Source of the DNA: an uncultured Bdellovibrionales bacterium
GTDB taxonomy: Bacteria; Patescibacteriota; Minisyncoccia; Moranbacterales; UBA1568
Assembly (NCBI GenBank): GCA_964530135.1
Contig: CAZGXN010000002.1
Location: 67,308 to 131,307 of the forward strand
Direction: 5' to 3'
Length of the DNA: 64,000 nt
Shown: positions 50,162-59,205 of the stretch, one piece after another
Position numbering within the stretch: position 1 is the stretch's first letter
Layout: each line of letters opens with the position of its first letter
Made by a program: the position numbers and the translations under genes
Notes under the pieces: generated by a model
The model's input: only the letters and a program-made list of their open reading frames with translations
Told to the model about the DNA's origin: nothing
Databases searched by the model: none

Positions 50162-50740
50162 TCAGATTTTAAGCTGACGCATCGCCCGCCGTCGTTCTTG
50201 GTAATCAGGCATGGCTTGTTCAACGAGAGTCCAAAAACGCGCTGAGTGATCAAACACGCCAATATGACAGAGTTCGTGCAAGATAACATAATCCGCCAGA
50301 GCTGGTGGAATAAGGGCAATTCGATAGTTAAATGAAAGATTTCCTGATCGCGAACAGCTTCCCCAACGGGTTTTCTGATTCCGGACGCTGATTTTTCCAT
50401 ACACGAAATTATACTGCGTGTTGAAATATGCCAGTCGACGCGTAGCCAATACACGGGCAGATTCTTTGTGTTGTGCATACTCCCGCGCTCCTCCCTGGGT
50501 GAGAAGGGGTACTCCCCGTTGCCGAAAAATCCGTACCTGCTCACCAATCCAGTCCGCGTGTCGCAACAAAAATTGTTCGATTAAACTGCTCCGTACCCAA
50601 TACGGAGCGGATACCGAAAGCCCGCCATTCAGAGACACGGCCAGACGCACGTGATGTGTTCGAAGACTCCGCCGCAATATATAGTCGTAGGAAGTAGTTC
50701 CGAGTTCGATAGTTCTTCGTTGCAAAGCAATATTACTCAC
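50162..50740 (-). CDS. YgjP/DUF45-like zinc metallopeptidase-fold protein (M48/WLM-like).
   Basis: HELCH (HExxH) near the C-terminus, ...RWGSCSRSGNLSFNYRIALIP... typical YgjP. Confidence 0.7.
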   Translation of the reverse strand: MSNIALQRRTIELGTTSYDYILRRSLRTHHVRLAVSLNGGLSVSAPYWVRSSLIEQFLLRHADWIGEQVRIFRQRGVPLLTQGGAREYAQHKESARVLATRRLAYFNTQYNFVYGKISVRNQKTRWGSCSRSGNLSFNYRIALIPPALADYVILHELCHIGVFDHSARFWTLVEQAMPDYQERRRAMRQLKI

Positions 50741-50924
50741 AATCGAAATTATATGTGGTAGTTATCCTCAAGCGAAGCCTGACCCGCATCCAGTTCTTTG
50801 ATGCAGAGCTCTCGGGCCCGTGTATTTACGGTTACAAAAATTCGCGCCAACGACAACCTTTGGGTATTTTACCACCCCCCAAAAGAGCGGTGTATACTAG
50901 GGGTATATTGGTAATAACCGAAAT

Positions 50925-51242
50925 ATGCTGTCTTCCATGGAACAACTCCCTCTCAATTTTGATGTCGATACTGAAGAAACACAGCCCCCCAAACCCGAAG
51001 CCGTTCCGATTGATGTGACGGTGCTAAACCACAATGAAATCATTTCCCTCCTCCCCCGTCTCTCCCGTGAAGCACTTCTCGTGGGGTATCATACCTGGAT
51101 TGGAAAAGATCCCCGCCTGCGAAGTCTGAGCGATGAACAGCTCCGGCAGGGTATCCGAGATCCAGAAGCGGAGATTGCCCGATTGAGAGTCATAGATATG
51201 GCCGCCGACAAAGAAGACCTGAAGAGCACGCATAGACGATAA
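50925..51242 (+). CDS. Hypothetical acidic small protein (105 aa).
   Basis: Plus-strand ORF preceded ~25 nt by the gtgTATACTagggg promoter-like motif. Confidence 0.4.
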   Translation: MLSSMEQLPLNFDVDTEETQPPKPEAVPIDVTVLNHNEIISLLPRLSREALLVGYHTWIGKDPRLRSLSDEQLRQGIRDPEAEIARLRVIDMAADKEDLKSTHRR

Positions 51243-51269
51243 ACTATTCCGAGATTCTCTCTCGTTTTG

Positions 51270-52442
51270 TTATTGTACTTTCGCTTCAGAACCAACTGGT
51301 TGAGTTGTCTGATTGGCCGGAACCATGAGCTGGGCACTCACCGTATCACAACTCCGTCCAGCACCGTGTTCTTGCCAGATCGAACTTGGATCATAGCCCG
51401 TTGCTGGATTCGCAGCCTCTCTCGGCAAGGCAAAAGTCGCACAGAGCTCAAAATCACCAACATACCCCGAGCCCTGAAGACGCTTGGGTGTTACTATCCG
51501 GTACTCATACACTAGCCCTGTCTCCGGATCAGACAAGTATGAAACGCAGTAGCTATACTGGCTTGATTGACGTAGATCCACGAGCGAAACCGGTAAGGCG
51601 CCGAGATTTGAAGCATACTGTTCAATACAATGAGCCAAGTTTGAGAGATGGTTTGCCCGCGTCTCGTCAAATGATCGGTTCCGTTCAGTCGTGGGCGAGC
51701 CCCCAACAAAAAATCCGAGCCCAATACCAAGTATGATGATGGCTGTAACTCCCCGACCGAAATATTGAAAGGTCTGGCGCGGAATATTCACTTGATACTG
51801 AATTTTTTTTCGCTCCAGATAGTAAAAGCCAAAGACCGCCCCCGCAATGCCGAAAATGGTCAATGCCTTCAGGAAGAAACGCACGGTAATCTCGCCCTGA
51901 AGAAGAGTAAAGACCGTCGTAATGAGATCACCTACGATCGTCACTGCCGTAATAAGAAGCACGAAATACGTCAACCATTTCGAAAGTTTCGACTCCGCCC
52001 GCCCCTCATCCTCACGAAACTTGCGGAACCAAAGTCGGAGAGAAAAATAATAGAGTGGAAATCCGATGAGGAGCGCAGCTGTAGCATAGTGGATAGCGCT
52101 TGAATACTCCGCTGCACCATACCAACCCGTGTTCAATGGATCCGGGAAAGAAGCATTCACAATTTGGAAATAGAGTGTTCCGAGTGCAGACGCGACAATA
52201 CCCAGCAGAATGAAGGAGAAGAGATTGATCACAACATCAACGGCCGAAGCGCGCTTCGACAAAGCCGGACGATTCCCTTCAACTGGTACAGGGGCACCCA
52301 GTGCTACAATGCCAGCCCGAAAGGCAATTTCTGCCTCATCCTCAGTCCAGCCCACCGTGACGAGCTCTTCTTTCACCTCAGATTTCCCTGCCCCAGACCG
52401 GAGACGGCTGACAACATACTCCCCAAGCTTCGAGGTATCCAT
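51270..52442 (-). CDS. Hypothetical polytopic membrane protein with ~60-aa soluble N-terminal domain and Ser/Thr-rich C-terminal tail (possibly DUF5671-like).
   Basis: 390 aa, ≥6 predicted TM segments. Confidence 0.45.
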   Translation of the reverse strand: MDTSKLGEYVVSRLRSGAGKSEVKEELVTVGWTEDEAEIAFRAGIVALGAPVPVEGNRPALSKRASAVDVVINLFSFILLGIVASALGTLYFQIVNASFPDPLNTGWYGAAEYSSAIHYATAALLIGFPLYYFSLRLWFRKFREDEGRAESKLSKWLTYFVLLITAVTIVGDLITTVFTLLQGEITVRFFLKALTIFGIAGAVFGFYYLERKKIQYQVNIPRQTFQYFGRGVTAIIILGIGLGFFVGGSPTTERNRSFDETRANHLSNLAHCIEQYASNLGALPVSLVDLRQSSQYSYCVSYLSDPETGLVYEYRIVTPKRLQGSGYVGDFELCATFALPREAANPATGYDPSSIWQEHGAGRSCDTVSAQLMVPANQTTQPVGSEAKVQ

Positions 52443-52586
52443 AGAATAGAATGAGTATTATGTTTTCAGTATATCACTTCCTCCTTCCTCTGTTATTTCA
52501 GTACACTCAAAGCCTCAAAAAGTAAAAAAAAAGCCACTCCTCAAAATGAAGGCGGCTCACAACGGGTCAAACTCGAGGATCTCGAG

Positions 52587-53933
52587 TCAGCCTGATTCTT
52601 TTCGGATTCGTTCCAGCGCTTCCAGCCACAAATCCACTTTTTGTCGATTGATGTGCCGCGCATATGGAGACAAATTTCTCCAGGCACGCGCCAGGGCGCC
52701 CATCACACCCGGCTGACTCATTCCGAGCTCACGAGCAGTTACCACAAGGGTCTGTTTCCGTCCACCGATCTCGAGGCCATAGTGATGATTGAATACTGCA
52801 TACTGTGCCTCGGTCAGCCGCTCCTTGGCTGTCGCTTGCAGCATACGCATCCGTTCCTTGAGCAGTGCGAATTCGACATCTCTCGTTTGTTGATGAATTG
52901 GGACTGGGCGTTTGATGGCTCGAGATAACACCTCCGACCAGATAATCTCCGTACCCGCCAATTCTTCGAGAAGGTGTACATTCTCAAGAAAATGGAGAAA
53001 TGTTTCTTTTGACAGAATCGGGGTGGATCTCTCCCAGATGTCCTGAACTACCTGCCGAATGCGTTCGCGAGTGACAGAAAAACATTGTCCCACAGATTCG
53101 AGTGTTTTTCTGTGCCGATCCGAATCAAGACCATACACCGCAACAAAGATTTGATAGTTGCGTTCACTGAACTCAGTCCACACCCAATCAAGTAAGCGGC
53201 CGATTTGTTGAATTGCCTCAGTAAGCCTCTGGCGGGCCTCCAAAACAAGTATCGGTTCAGCAATAGATGTGTCCAAAACCAACTCACCAACGGTTGTGGC
53301 ATCTGTTCCGTCCTCGCTAGACAGGATCGGTGCATCAAGTGAAGTATGCTGCTGTTCAGAAAGAACAATCAGTGCCCGCTGAACTGTTTCGACTTTCATA
53401 TCAAGCCTGGTAGCAATCCGATCTGGGGTCGGACGAATGCCTTGTTCGAGAAGCTCATCTATCGTACTGAGTATATTCCAAACACGAGCACGCATATATG
53501 TTGGAAGTCGGATAAGCGGTCCTGATTCAATCGCTGCTTGTCTAACAAAGTGGCGTATCCATGCGACGGCATATGTGGAAAAGGTATTGCCCAGACTCGG
53601 ATCGTACCGTTCGGCCGCACGCATCAGTCCAAAGACCCCTTCCTGAACAAGATCTTCAATGGGCAGACTGCTCTTCCAGTAACGCTGTGCGACAGAGTAC
53701 ACCAATCCCATGTTATGGAGCACGAGTTTGTCCTTGGCTGCTTGGTCTCCCTGCGCGATACGCCCCGCGAGGAAATTGACTTCAGTAGGCGACAAAACCG
53801 GGAAGTGCTTATTCTCAAACGGCAGACAACGAGGAGTCTGATCTAACCGGTTGGTCGTGGGCGTTTTTTTTTCACCATCAAAAAACAGCTCCTGAGGGAA
53901 AGTCGATAACTGTTCCAGTTCGAGAGTTTTCAT
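52587..53933 (-). CDS. Sigma-70 family RNA polymerase sigma factor with an apparent second region-4-like HTH.
   Basis: Region 2 (DLVQEGVFGLMRAAERYDP...FSTYAVAWIRH), region 3, region 4 (ESVGQCFSVTRERIRQV), then a second LTEAQYAVFNHHYGLEIGGRKQTLVVTARELGMSQPGVMGALARAWRNL. Confidence 0.8.
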   Translation of the reverse strand: MKTLELEQLSTFPQELFFDGEKKTPTTNRLDQTPRCLPFENKHFPVLSPTEVNFLAGRIAQGDQAAKDKLVLHNMGLVYSVAQRYWKSSLPIEDLVQEGVFGLMRAAERYDPSLGNTFSTYAVAWIRHFVRQAAIESGPLIRLPTYMRARVWNILSTIDELLEQGIRPTPDRIATRLDMKVETVQRALIVLSEQQHTSLDAPILSSEDGTDATTVGELVLDTSIAEPILVLEARQRLTEAIQQIGRLLDWVWTEFSERNYQIFVAVYGLDSDRHRKTLESVGQCFSVTRERIRQVVQDIWERSTPILSKETFLHFLENVHLLEELAGTEIIWSEVLSRAIKRPVPIHQQTRDVEFALLKERMRMLQATAKERLTEAQYAVFNHHYGLEIGGRKQTLVVTARELGMSQPGVMGALARAWRNLSPYARHINRQKVDLWLEALERIRKESG

Positions 53934-54102
53934 CGTACGCTCCTTGTACAGAGTTGCTCATGATTGAGTCCTATTTGTTAAAGACCAAGAGAAAACTCCA
54001 TTAAATTCGCACCTTCTCATAAATTTGTCAAACAACCATCCATTTCTTCCTTCTGGTCGTTTCTATGGTGAGGATAGAATTTTTTTCAAAGCGAACAAGA
54101 AA

Positions 54103-54258
54103 CTAACGGTCGCCGCGTTTACCTTTACGCTGCTTACCGAGATTCTTGATCCCCAAGTTACGAACTTTTCCGTCAAGCCGAGCAGCTTGCCAGAGAGCTG
54201 GCATGGCGGGCTTGAAAGGCGCTTTAGGTGCCGCCGTTGGTTTCTTAGTACTTGCCAT
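54103..54258 (-). CDS. Candidate small basic ORF (51 aa, MASTKKPTAAPKAPFKPAMPALWQAARLDGKVRNLGIKNLGKQRKGKRGDR) in the long sigma-factor upstream region.
   Basis: Hand translation, no family recognised; may instead be non-coding leader. Confidence 0.15.
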   Translation of the reverse strand: MASTKKPTAAPKAPFKPAMPALWQAARLDGKVRNLGIKNLGKQRKGKRGDR

Positions 54259-54449
54259 AGAGTTACTGTATCAGAAATTACCTCTCAACCAAGGGGGACA
54301 GTCCCCTCTTTGTTTATACTAGCACTTCGTCAGGGTAGTGGAAATTTTGATGAGTACATCCGCAATATCTCCCCTGCAAAATTCCGAGCATACTCAATGT
54401 ATACCGAAACGAAACATATTTCTCACGTCCATCCTCGAATTGGCTGTAC

Positions 54450-54950
54450 TCACTGCGAGCTCTGCACACTCCGACGATAGTAGCCGACCAGCGTCGCTTC
54501 AGCTATGACATTGCCCAACAAGGCATTGCGCAACATGAGATCAGTCGCCTCCACAGGGAGATGAAGCGCATGGCGAAGGGCATACAGATGAAAGATATAA
54601 GTATGTTCGCCTTGATGCGGACACGGGCCACCATACGCTGCTTGACCAAAGGAGTTTATCCCTTGAATGGCGTCTTGGGGAAGCGAGTTTTCTTTGATAT
54701 ATGTCGTGCGGGGGTGAATGTTCCAGACACGCCAGTGGATCCAATGCCCACCGGGTGAGTCCGGATCCTCTACAATAAGCGCCAGACTTTCAGCGTCTTC
54801 GGGTACATTCTCAATCGTGAGCGGCGGATTAACATCACGACCTTCACAAGTATACTCGCGCGGAATCTGCTCGCCATATGCAAAAGCTGGACTATGTACA
54901 CGAAATGGTGGTTTTTCGAGGACGCGTTCCATCATACTGTTTTGTTTCAA
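54450..54950 (-). CDS. YbhB/YbcL family PEBP (Raf-kinase-inhibitor-like) protein.
   Basis: ...VEDPDSPGGHWIHWRVWNI... and ...GQAAYGGPCPHQGEHTYIFHLYAL... Confidence 0.8.
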   Translation of the reverse strand: MKQNSMMERVLEKPPFRVHSPAFAYGEQIPREYTCEGRDVNPPLTIENVPEDAESLALIVEDPDSPGGHWIHWRVWNIHPRTTYIKENSLPQDAIQGINSFGQAAYGGPCPHQGEHTYIFHLYALRHALHLPVEATDLMLRNALLGNVIAEATLVGYYRRSVQSSQ

Positions 54951-54986
54951 ACAAACACTCTTTCACACCCCTATCCTAGCATGAAC

Positions 54987-57572
54987 TTACTTTTGACGAA
55001 GTACTGACTTCAGGTAGCGACCCGTATGGGAACCATCGGTCTTGGCGACCATTTCCGGAGTTCCAGTGGCGATAATTTTTCCACCACCCGAGCCACCTTC
55101 CGGTCCGATATCGATGATATAATCCGCTGATTTGATCAGATCCATATTGTGTTCGATGACCATAACGGTATTGCCCTTCACCACCAGCCGATCAAGGATC
55201 TCGATGAGTTTTCTCACATCGGCATAGTGGAGCCCAATCGTCGGCTCATCAAGGAGGTATATAGTCCGTTCAGTCGACTGACGATACAGCTCGGAAGCGA
55301 TCTTCACACGTTGGGCTTCACCGCCCGAGAGTGTTGTCGCAGACTGGCCGAGCTCAAGATAACCAAGCCCAACTTCATTTAAAGTCTTCAATCGATCAGC
55401 AATGGCCGGAATCGCATAGAAAAATGTATACGCATCCTCAATAGTCATCGAGAGTACTTGGTGAATATTCTTCCCCTTGTAGGTTACTTCGAGAGTTTCT
55501 TTGGTAAACCGCTTGCCATCACAGACATCACAGGGTACATAGACTGTCGGAAGGAAGTGCATTTCAACGGCAATAAAACCATTCCCTTCACATGTCTCAC
55601 AACGGCCACCCGGACGATTGAATGAAAAACGGCCCAATTTCCAACCCCGAACCCGAGCCTCTTCTGTCGAGGCAAACAGGTCTCGAATATGATTGAAGGC
55701 ACCCGTATAGGTCGCCGGATTCGAACGCGGCGTGCGGCCGATGGGGCTTTGGTCAATCATCACGACGCGTGAGAGATATTCTGTTCCCGTAAAAGTATCA
55801 CAGTGTTCAACCTGATGTGTCTTGTATCGGCGATCGAGACGGCCCTGGAGATTCCGGTGAACGATCTCATACAGAAAGGATGATTTACCCGATCCCGAGA
55901 CACCCGTAACAGCGATAAAACGGCCGAGTGGGATATCGACACTGAGATTTTGAATATTATAAATACGGCCGCCGCGAATCTTCAGACTGCCTTTCTCTTT
56001 GCTTCGGCGTTCGGGAATCGGGATAGACTCCTCACCACGTAAATACGCGAGTGTCAGCGATCCAGATGGGTTCGTCTTTGCAGTCAAAAGGTCCTCAAGA
56101 AAACCCGACACCACAACTTTGCCACCATGCACCCCCGCACCTGGGCCGATATCGACAATAAAATCAGAAGCAAAGATAGTGTCTTCGTCGTGTTCGACGA
56201 TAATAATCGTATTTCCGAGTGCCCGCAGAGACTTCAATGTTTCAATCAACCGTTCATTATCTTTTTGATGAAGGCCAATTGTCGGTTCATCGAGCACATA
56301 CAGTGCCCCAACGAGCTGACTCCCGAGCTGACTCGCAAGCCGGATACGCTGCGCTTCACCCCCCGAGAGCGTATTGGCCCGTCGATCAAGCGTCAGATAG
56401 TTGAGACCAACATTGAGGAGGAACTGGAGCCGGCTACTGATTTCACGCAGCACGACTGAGGCAATCTGTTCCTCACGCTGAGTGAGGCTCAGGGTCGTGA
56501 AAAAATCAAAAGCCCGCGCTGTCGTGAGGCGCGTCAAATCAACGATATTTTGACCACCTAGTTTAATATGAAGCGCTTCCTCACGAAGCCGTGTACCATT
56601 ACACACCTCACATGGCTCTGCTCCAAAAAAATGCTTGGTGCCAAGACCATTACATGCCTGACAAGCGCCCGAGGGTGAGTTAAATGAAAAGAGTCGTGGC
56701 TCGACCTCAGGATAAGAAAATCCATCATACGGGCAAGTAAATTTTGCCGAAAGAAGAAATATTTCGTTACCGATACTTACCTTCACAATACCCTCAGCTT
56801 CTTCGAGCGCTTTTTGAATCGCTTCCGAAAGTCGGATCTCCGTATCATCCTTATAGTCTCGGAAATCTCGCGCGAGGAATTCATCTACAACGAGATCGAT
56901 ATCATGTTTGAAATTCTTCTTTAATACAACTTGCTCGCGGAGACTTTTTCGCTTTCCGTCGAGAAAAATCGAAACAAATCCACGACTGAGTGCGTTGTAT
57001 AACATCTGATAGTACTCGCCCTTTCGACTCCGGACTACCGGCGCAAGGACAATAACCGGTGCCTCAGCTTGATTACGCTCCTCCAAAACAGCGTGAACTT
57101 TTGTTTTCACCGTTTCCAACATTTCTTCCGTCGAGAGCCGTGAGATCTCACGGCCACACTCGAGACAGTGTGGCCGACCGAGTCGAGCGTAGAGGACTCG
57201 AAGGTAATCATAGATTTCGGTCACCGTCGCAACTGTCGAGCGCGGATTCCGACTGGCTGATTTCTGATCAATGGAGATCGCTGGTGAGAGTCCGGTGATT
57301 TCGTCGACATCCGGTTTTTGCATCGTATTCAAAAACTGCCGAGCATATGCCGAAAGACTTTCGACATACCGACGCTGACCCTCAGCGAAAATCGTATCAA
57401 ACGCAAGTGAGCTCTTGCCAGAGCCAGAGAGACCAGTAAAAACGATCATGTGATTCCGTGGCATCTCGACCGTGATGTTTTTTAAATTATGTGTTCGAGC
57501 ACCCTTGACGACGATCCACTCCGATGGACCGGTGAAGGATTTCTGTTTCTTGGATCCCTTTTTTTCAGGCAT
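54987..57572 (-). CDS. UvrA paralog (861 aa) lacking the insertion domain.
   Basis: Same ABC/Zn architecture as uvrA ([17 protein letters not shown], ...); between ACQACNGLG and CEVCNGTRL only ~9 residues versus ~110 in uvrA at 36483..39290. Confidence 0.85.
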   Translation of the reverse strand: MPEKKGSKKQKSFTGPSEWIVVKGARTHNLKNITVEMPRNHMIVFTGLSGSGKSSLAFDTIFAEGQRRYVESLSAYARQFLNTMQKPDVDEITGLSPAISIDQKSASRNPRSTVATVTEIYDYLRVLYARLGRPHCLECGREISRLSTEEMLETVKTKVHAVLEERNQAEAPVIVLAPVVRSRKGEYYQMLYNALSRGFVSIFLDGKRKSLREQVVLKKNFKHDIDLVVDEFLARDFRDYKDDTEIRLSEAIQKALEEAEGIVKVSIGNEIFLLSAKFTCPYDGFSYPEVEPRLFSFNSPSGACQACNGLGTKHFFGAEPCEVCNGTRLREEALHIKLGGQNIVDLTRLTTARAFDFFTTLSLTQREEQIASVVLREISSRLQFLLNVGLNYLTLDRRANTLSGGEAQRIRLASQLGSQLVGALYVLDEPTIGLHQKDNERLIETLKSLRALGNTIIIVEHDEDTIFASDFIVDIGPGAGVHGGKVVVSGFLEDLLTAKTNPSGSLTLAYLRGEESIPIPERRSKEKGSLKIRGGRIYNIQNLSVDIPLGRFIAVTGVSGSGKSSFLYEIVHRNLQGRLDRRYKTHQVEHCDTFTGTEYLSRVVMIDQSPIGRTPRSNPATYTGAFNHIRDLFASTEEARVRGWKLGRFSFNRPGGRCETCEGNGFIAVEMHFLPTVYVPCDVCDGKRFTKETLEVTYKGKNIHQVLSMTIEDAYTFFYAIPAIADRLKTLNEVGLGYLELGQSATTLSGGEAQRVKIASELYRQSTERTIYLLDEPTIGLHYADVRKLIEILDRLVVKGNTVMVIEHNMDLIKSADYIIDIGPEGGSGGGKIIATGTPEMVAKTDGSHTGRYLKSVLRQK

Positions 57573-57577
57573 ATCAG

Positions 57578-58303
57578 TTAGTTTCGTTCAAAAGAATGTT
57601 GAATAAATGTGCATTCATGGTCACGCTCTGGATGAACAACACATTCTACAGTTTCCTCGGGCGGGAGTGATTCAAGTGCATGGAAAAATCGTTCCTTCTG
57701 ATTAATCCAATCGAGACTTACCAGATAGGTCGAGGTCGCCAGTCCAGCCGCTGCAAAACGCCGGTGATTTTTCTGATTGAGCCGAGAGAGAATATGTCCG
57801 ATCGCCGCATGATGAAGCGATACCAACATCCCGCGCTGACCAAAGCGGACATGGGGTATGCGAAACTCATGTGCAAGCGTGAGCGCGAGCGGGAAAAAAC
57901 TTGGGAAAAAATGGACATGCTCGTGACTATTCAATCCGTCCGGGTATCGGCCAAATAACTCATAAAAACGCTCAATTTGGGAACGCCATTCAGCCGCGAC
58001 TGCCTGAGGTGACATATACCCCATAAAGTAGCGCACCACAAAATGTACTCCCCGCCGCAGAGTCCCATGCCCCGTTTCGGCACCGCGAGCCATCAGACTG
58101 ATGAGATCGAGATGGATATCAATCTTCACCCCTGTCGCCGCCAGAGCCACTGCATCTGCCGGACTACAGTAGTGAGTCATGACGGCGACCCGCTGTAATA
58201 CACCAGACTGCGCCAATGGCAAAATCCGACGGACTGTGTCCCGAATACCATAATCATCGGCGGAGAGTACGAGACGCGCTTTGGCTCGTTGAGAGATATG
58301 CAT
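57578..58303 (-). CDS. ChbG/HpnK (YdjC) family carbohydrate deacetylase-like protein.
   Basis: ARLVLSADDYGIRDTV..., conserved His/Asp positions, 241 aa. Confidence 0.6.
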   Translation of the reverse strand: MHISQRAKARLVLSADDYGIRDTVRRILPLAQSGVLQRVAVMTHYCSPADAVALAATGVKIDIHLDLISLMARGAETGHGTLRRGVHFVVRYFMGYMSPQAVAAEWRSQIERFYELFGRYPDGLNSHEHVHFFPSFFPLALTLAHEFRIPHVRFGQRGMLVSLHHAAIGHILSRLNQKNHRRFAAAGLATSTYLVSLDWINQKERFFHALESLPPEETVECVVHPERDHECTFIQHSFERN

Positions 58304-58328
58304 AGCAAAGATTGAGGATAGCAGAAAT

Positions 58329-58682
58329 TTACTTTTTCGGAAAGACGACTCGGTTACGGACTAGGGTAATGCCCTCGCGCATCAGTCGTTGAACTTTGAC
58401 ACTCGTCCCACCAAATGCATACTCGCCAACCGCTCCATCGGATCGAACAACCCGATGACAGGGTACATCCTGATAACAATTTTCACGCAATGCCGTTCCA
58501 ACCGCCCGTGCCGCTTTTGGGACACCAGCGAGCCGCGCGACTTCGCCATATGTCCGAAACTGACCAGGCCGAATTTGAGCGACAACCGCATAGACTGCTC
58601 GACGAAAATGAGAAAGTCCCAGCGCTTTTTTATAACTTCTCTGGGATGGAGTATGCAGGGAAAGAATGGGCATATTGATCAA
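58329..58682 (-). CDS. ogt: Methylated-DNA--protein-cysteine methyltransferase (Ogt/MGMT C-terminal domain).
   Basis: YGEVARLAGVPKAARAVGTALRENCYQDVPCHRVV: HTH plus PCHRV active-site Cys. Confidence 0.85.
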   Translation of the reverse strand: MINMPILSLHTPSQRSYKKALGLSHFRRAVYAVVAQIRPGQFRTYGEVARLAGVPKAARAVGTALRENCYQDVPCHRVVRSDGAVGEYAFGGTSVKVQRLMREGITLVRNRVVFPKK

Positions 58683-59159
58683 ATCAACATTTATTCACTG
58701 ATTGCAAAGGCAGTTTGAAGATCTGTATTTGCCCTGGCTCGTTCCGCCTGAAATATCTGTACCGCATCTGCAAAACTCTTTTTTTGAACTTCAGTCAGAG
58801 ATGTTGCCTCGGTCATGATATCAGCTACAAATTGCTCGTCAGCAGTTCATCCTTCACGACCCGTCTTCAGGCCAGCCTTGAAATCCCTGATTGATGACAC
58901 GCATTGGAACTCCGCTGGCACACTCATCTTCTAGTTTTTTTATCGCCACCGTAACTGAAGCAGCAAATGTATCCCGGGCTGACTACATACGGGCAGCCTG
59001 TTTCAACACAAGCGGATTCATCCCTTTTCGGAAACTTGACAAGAGCAGTATCGCGACCGCGTCACACCGGTGTAAAACAACGCGACGAGAGTGCTTGAAA
59101 AAGAATAATTGAATGTCGTCGCATGAGTGCAGTATACACCGCTTCCAGAAGAGACGAAA

Positions 59160-59186
59160 AAAGCCCATTCGGGCCTTTTTCTCACA
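59160..59186 (-). terminator. Rho-independent terminator (symmetric) downstream of the secreted coiled-coil gene.
   Basis: aaaaaagcccattcgggccttttt: GC stem flanked by A6/T5. Confidence 0.5.
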
Positions 59187-59205
59187 CCAGTACCGATGTA
59201 CCAAC

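Noticed and set aside
54025-54480. 151-aa plus-strand ORF in the sigma-factor upstream region.
   Set aside because: It has odd composition and no start signals, and it spans a region with palindromes and promoter-like motifs. It is more likely non-coding.
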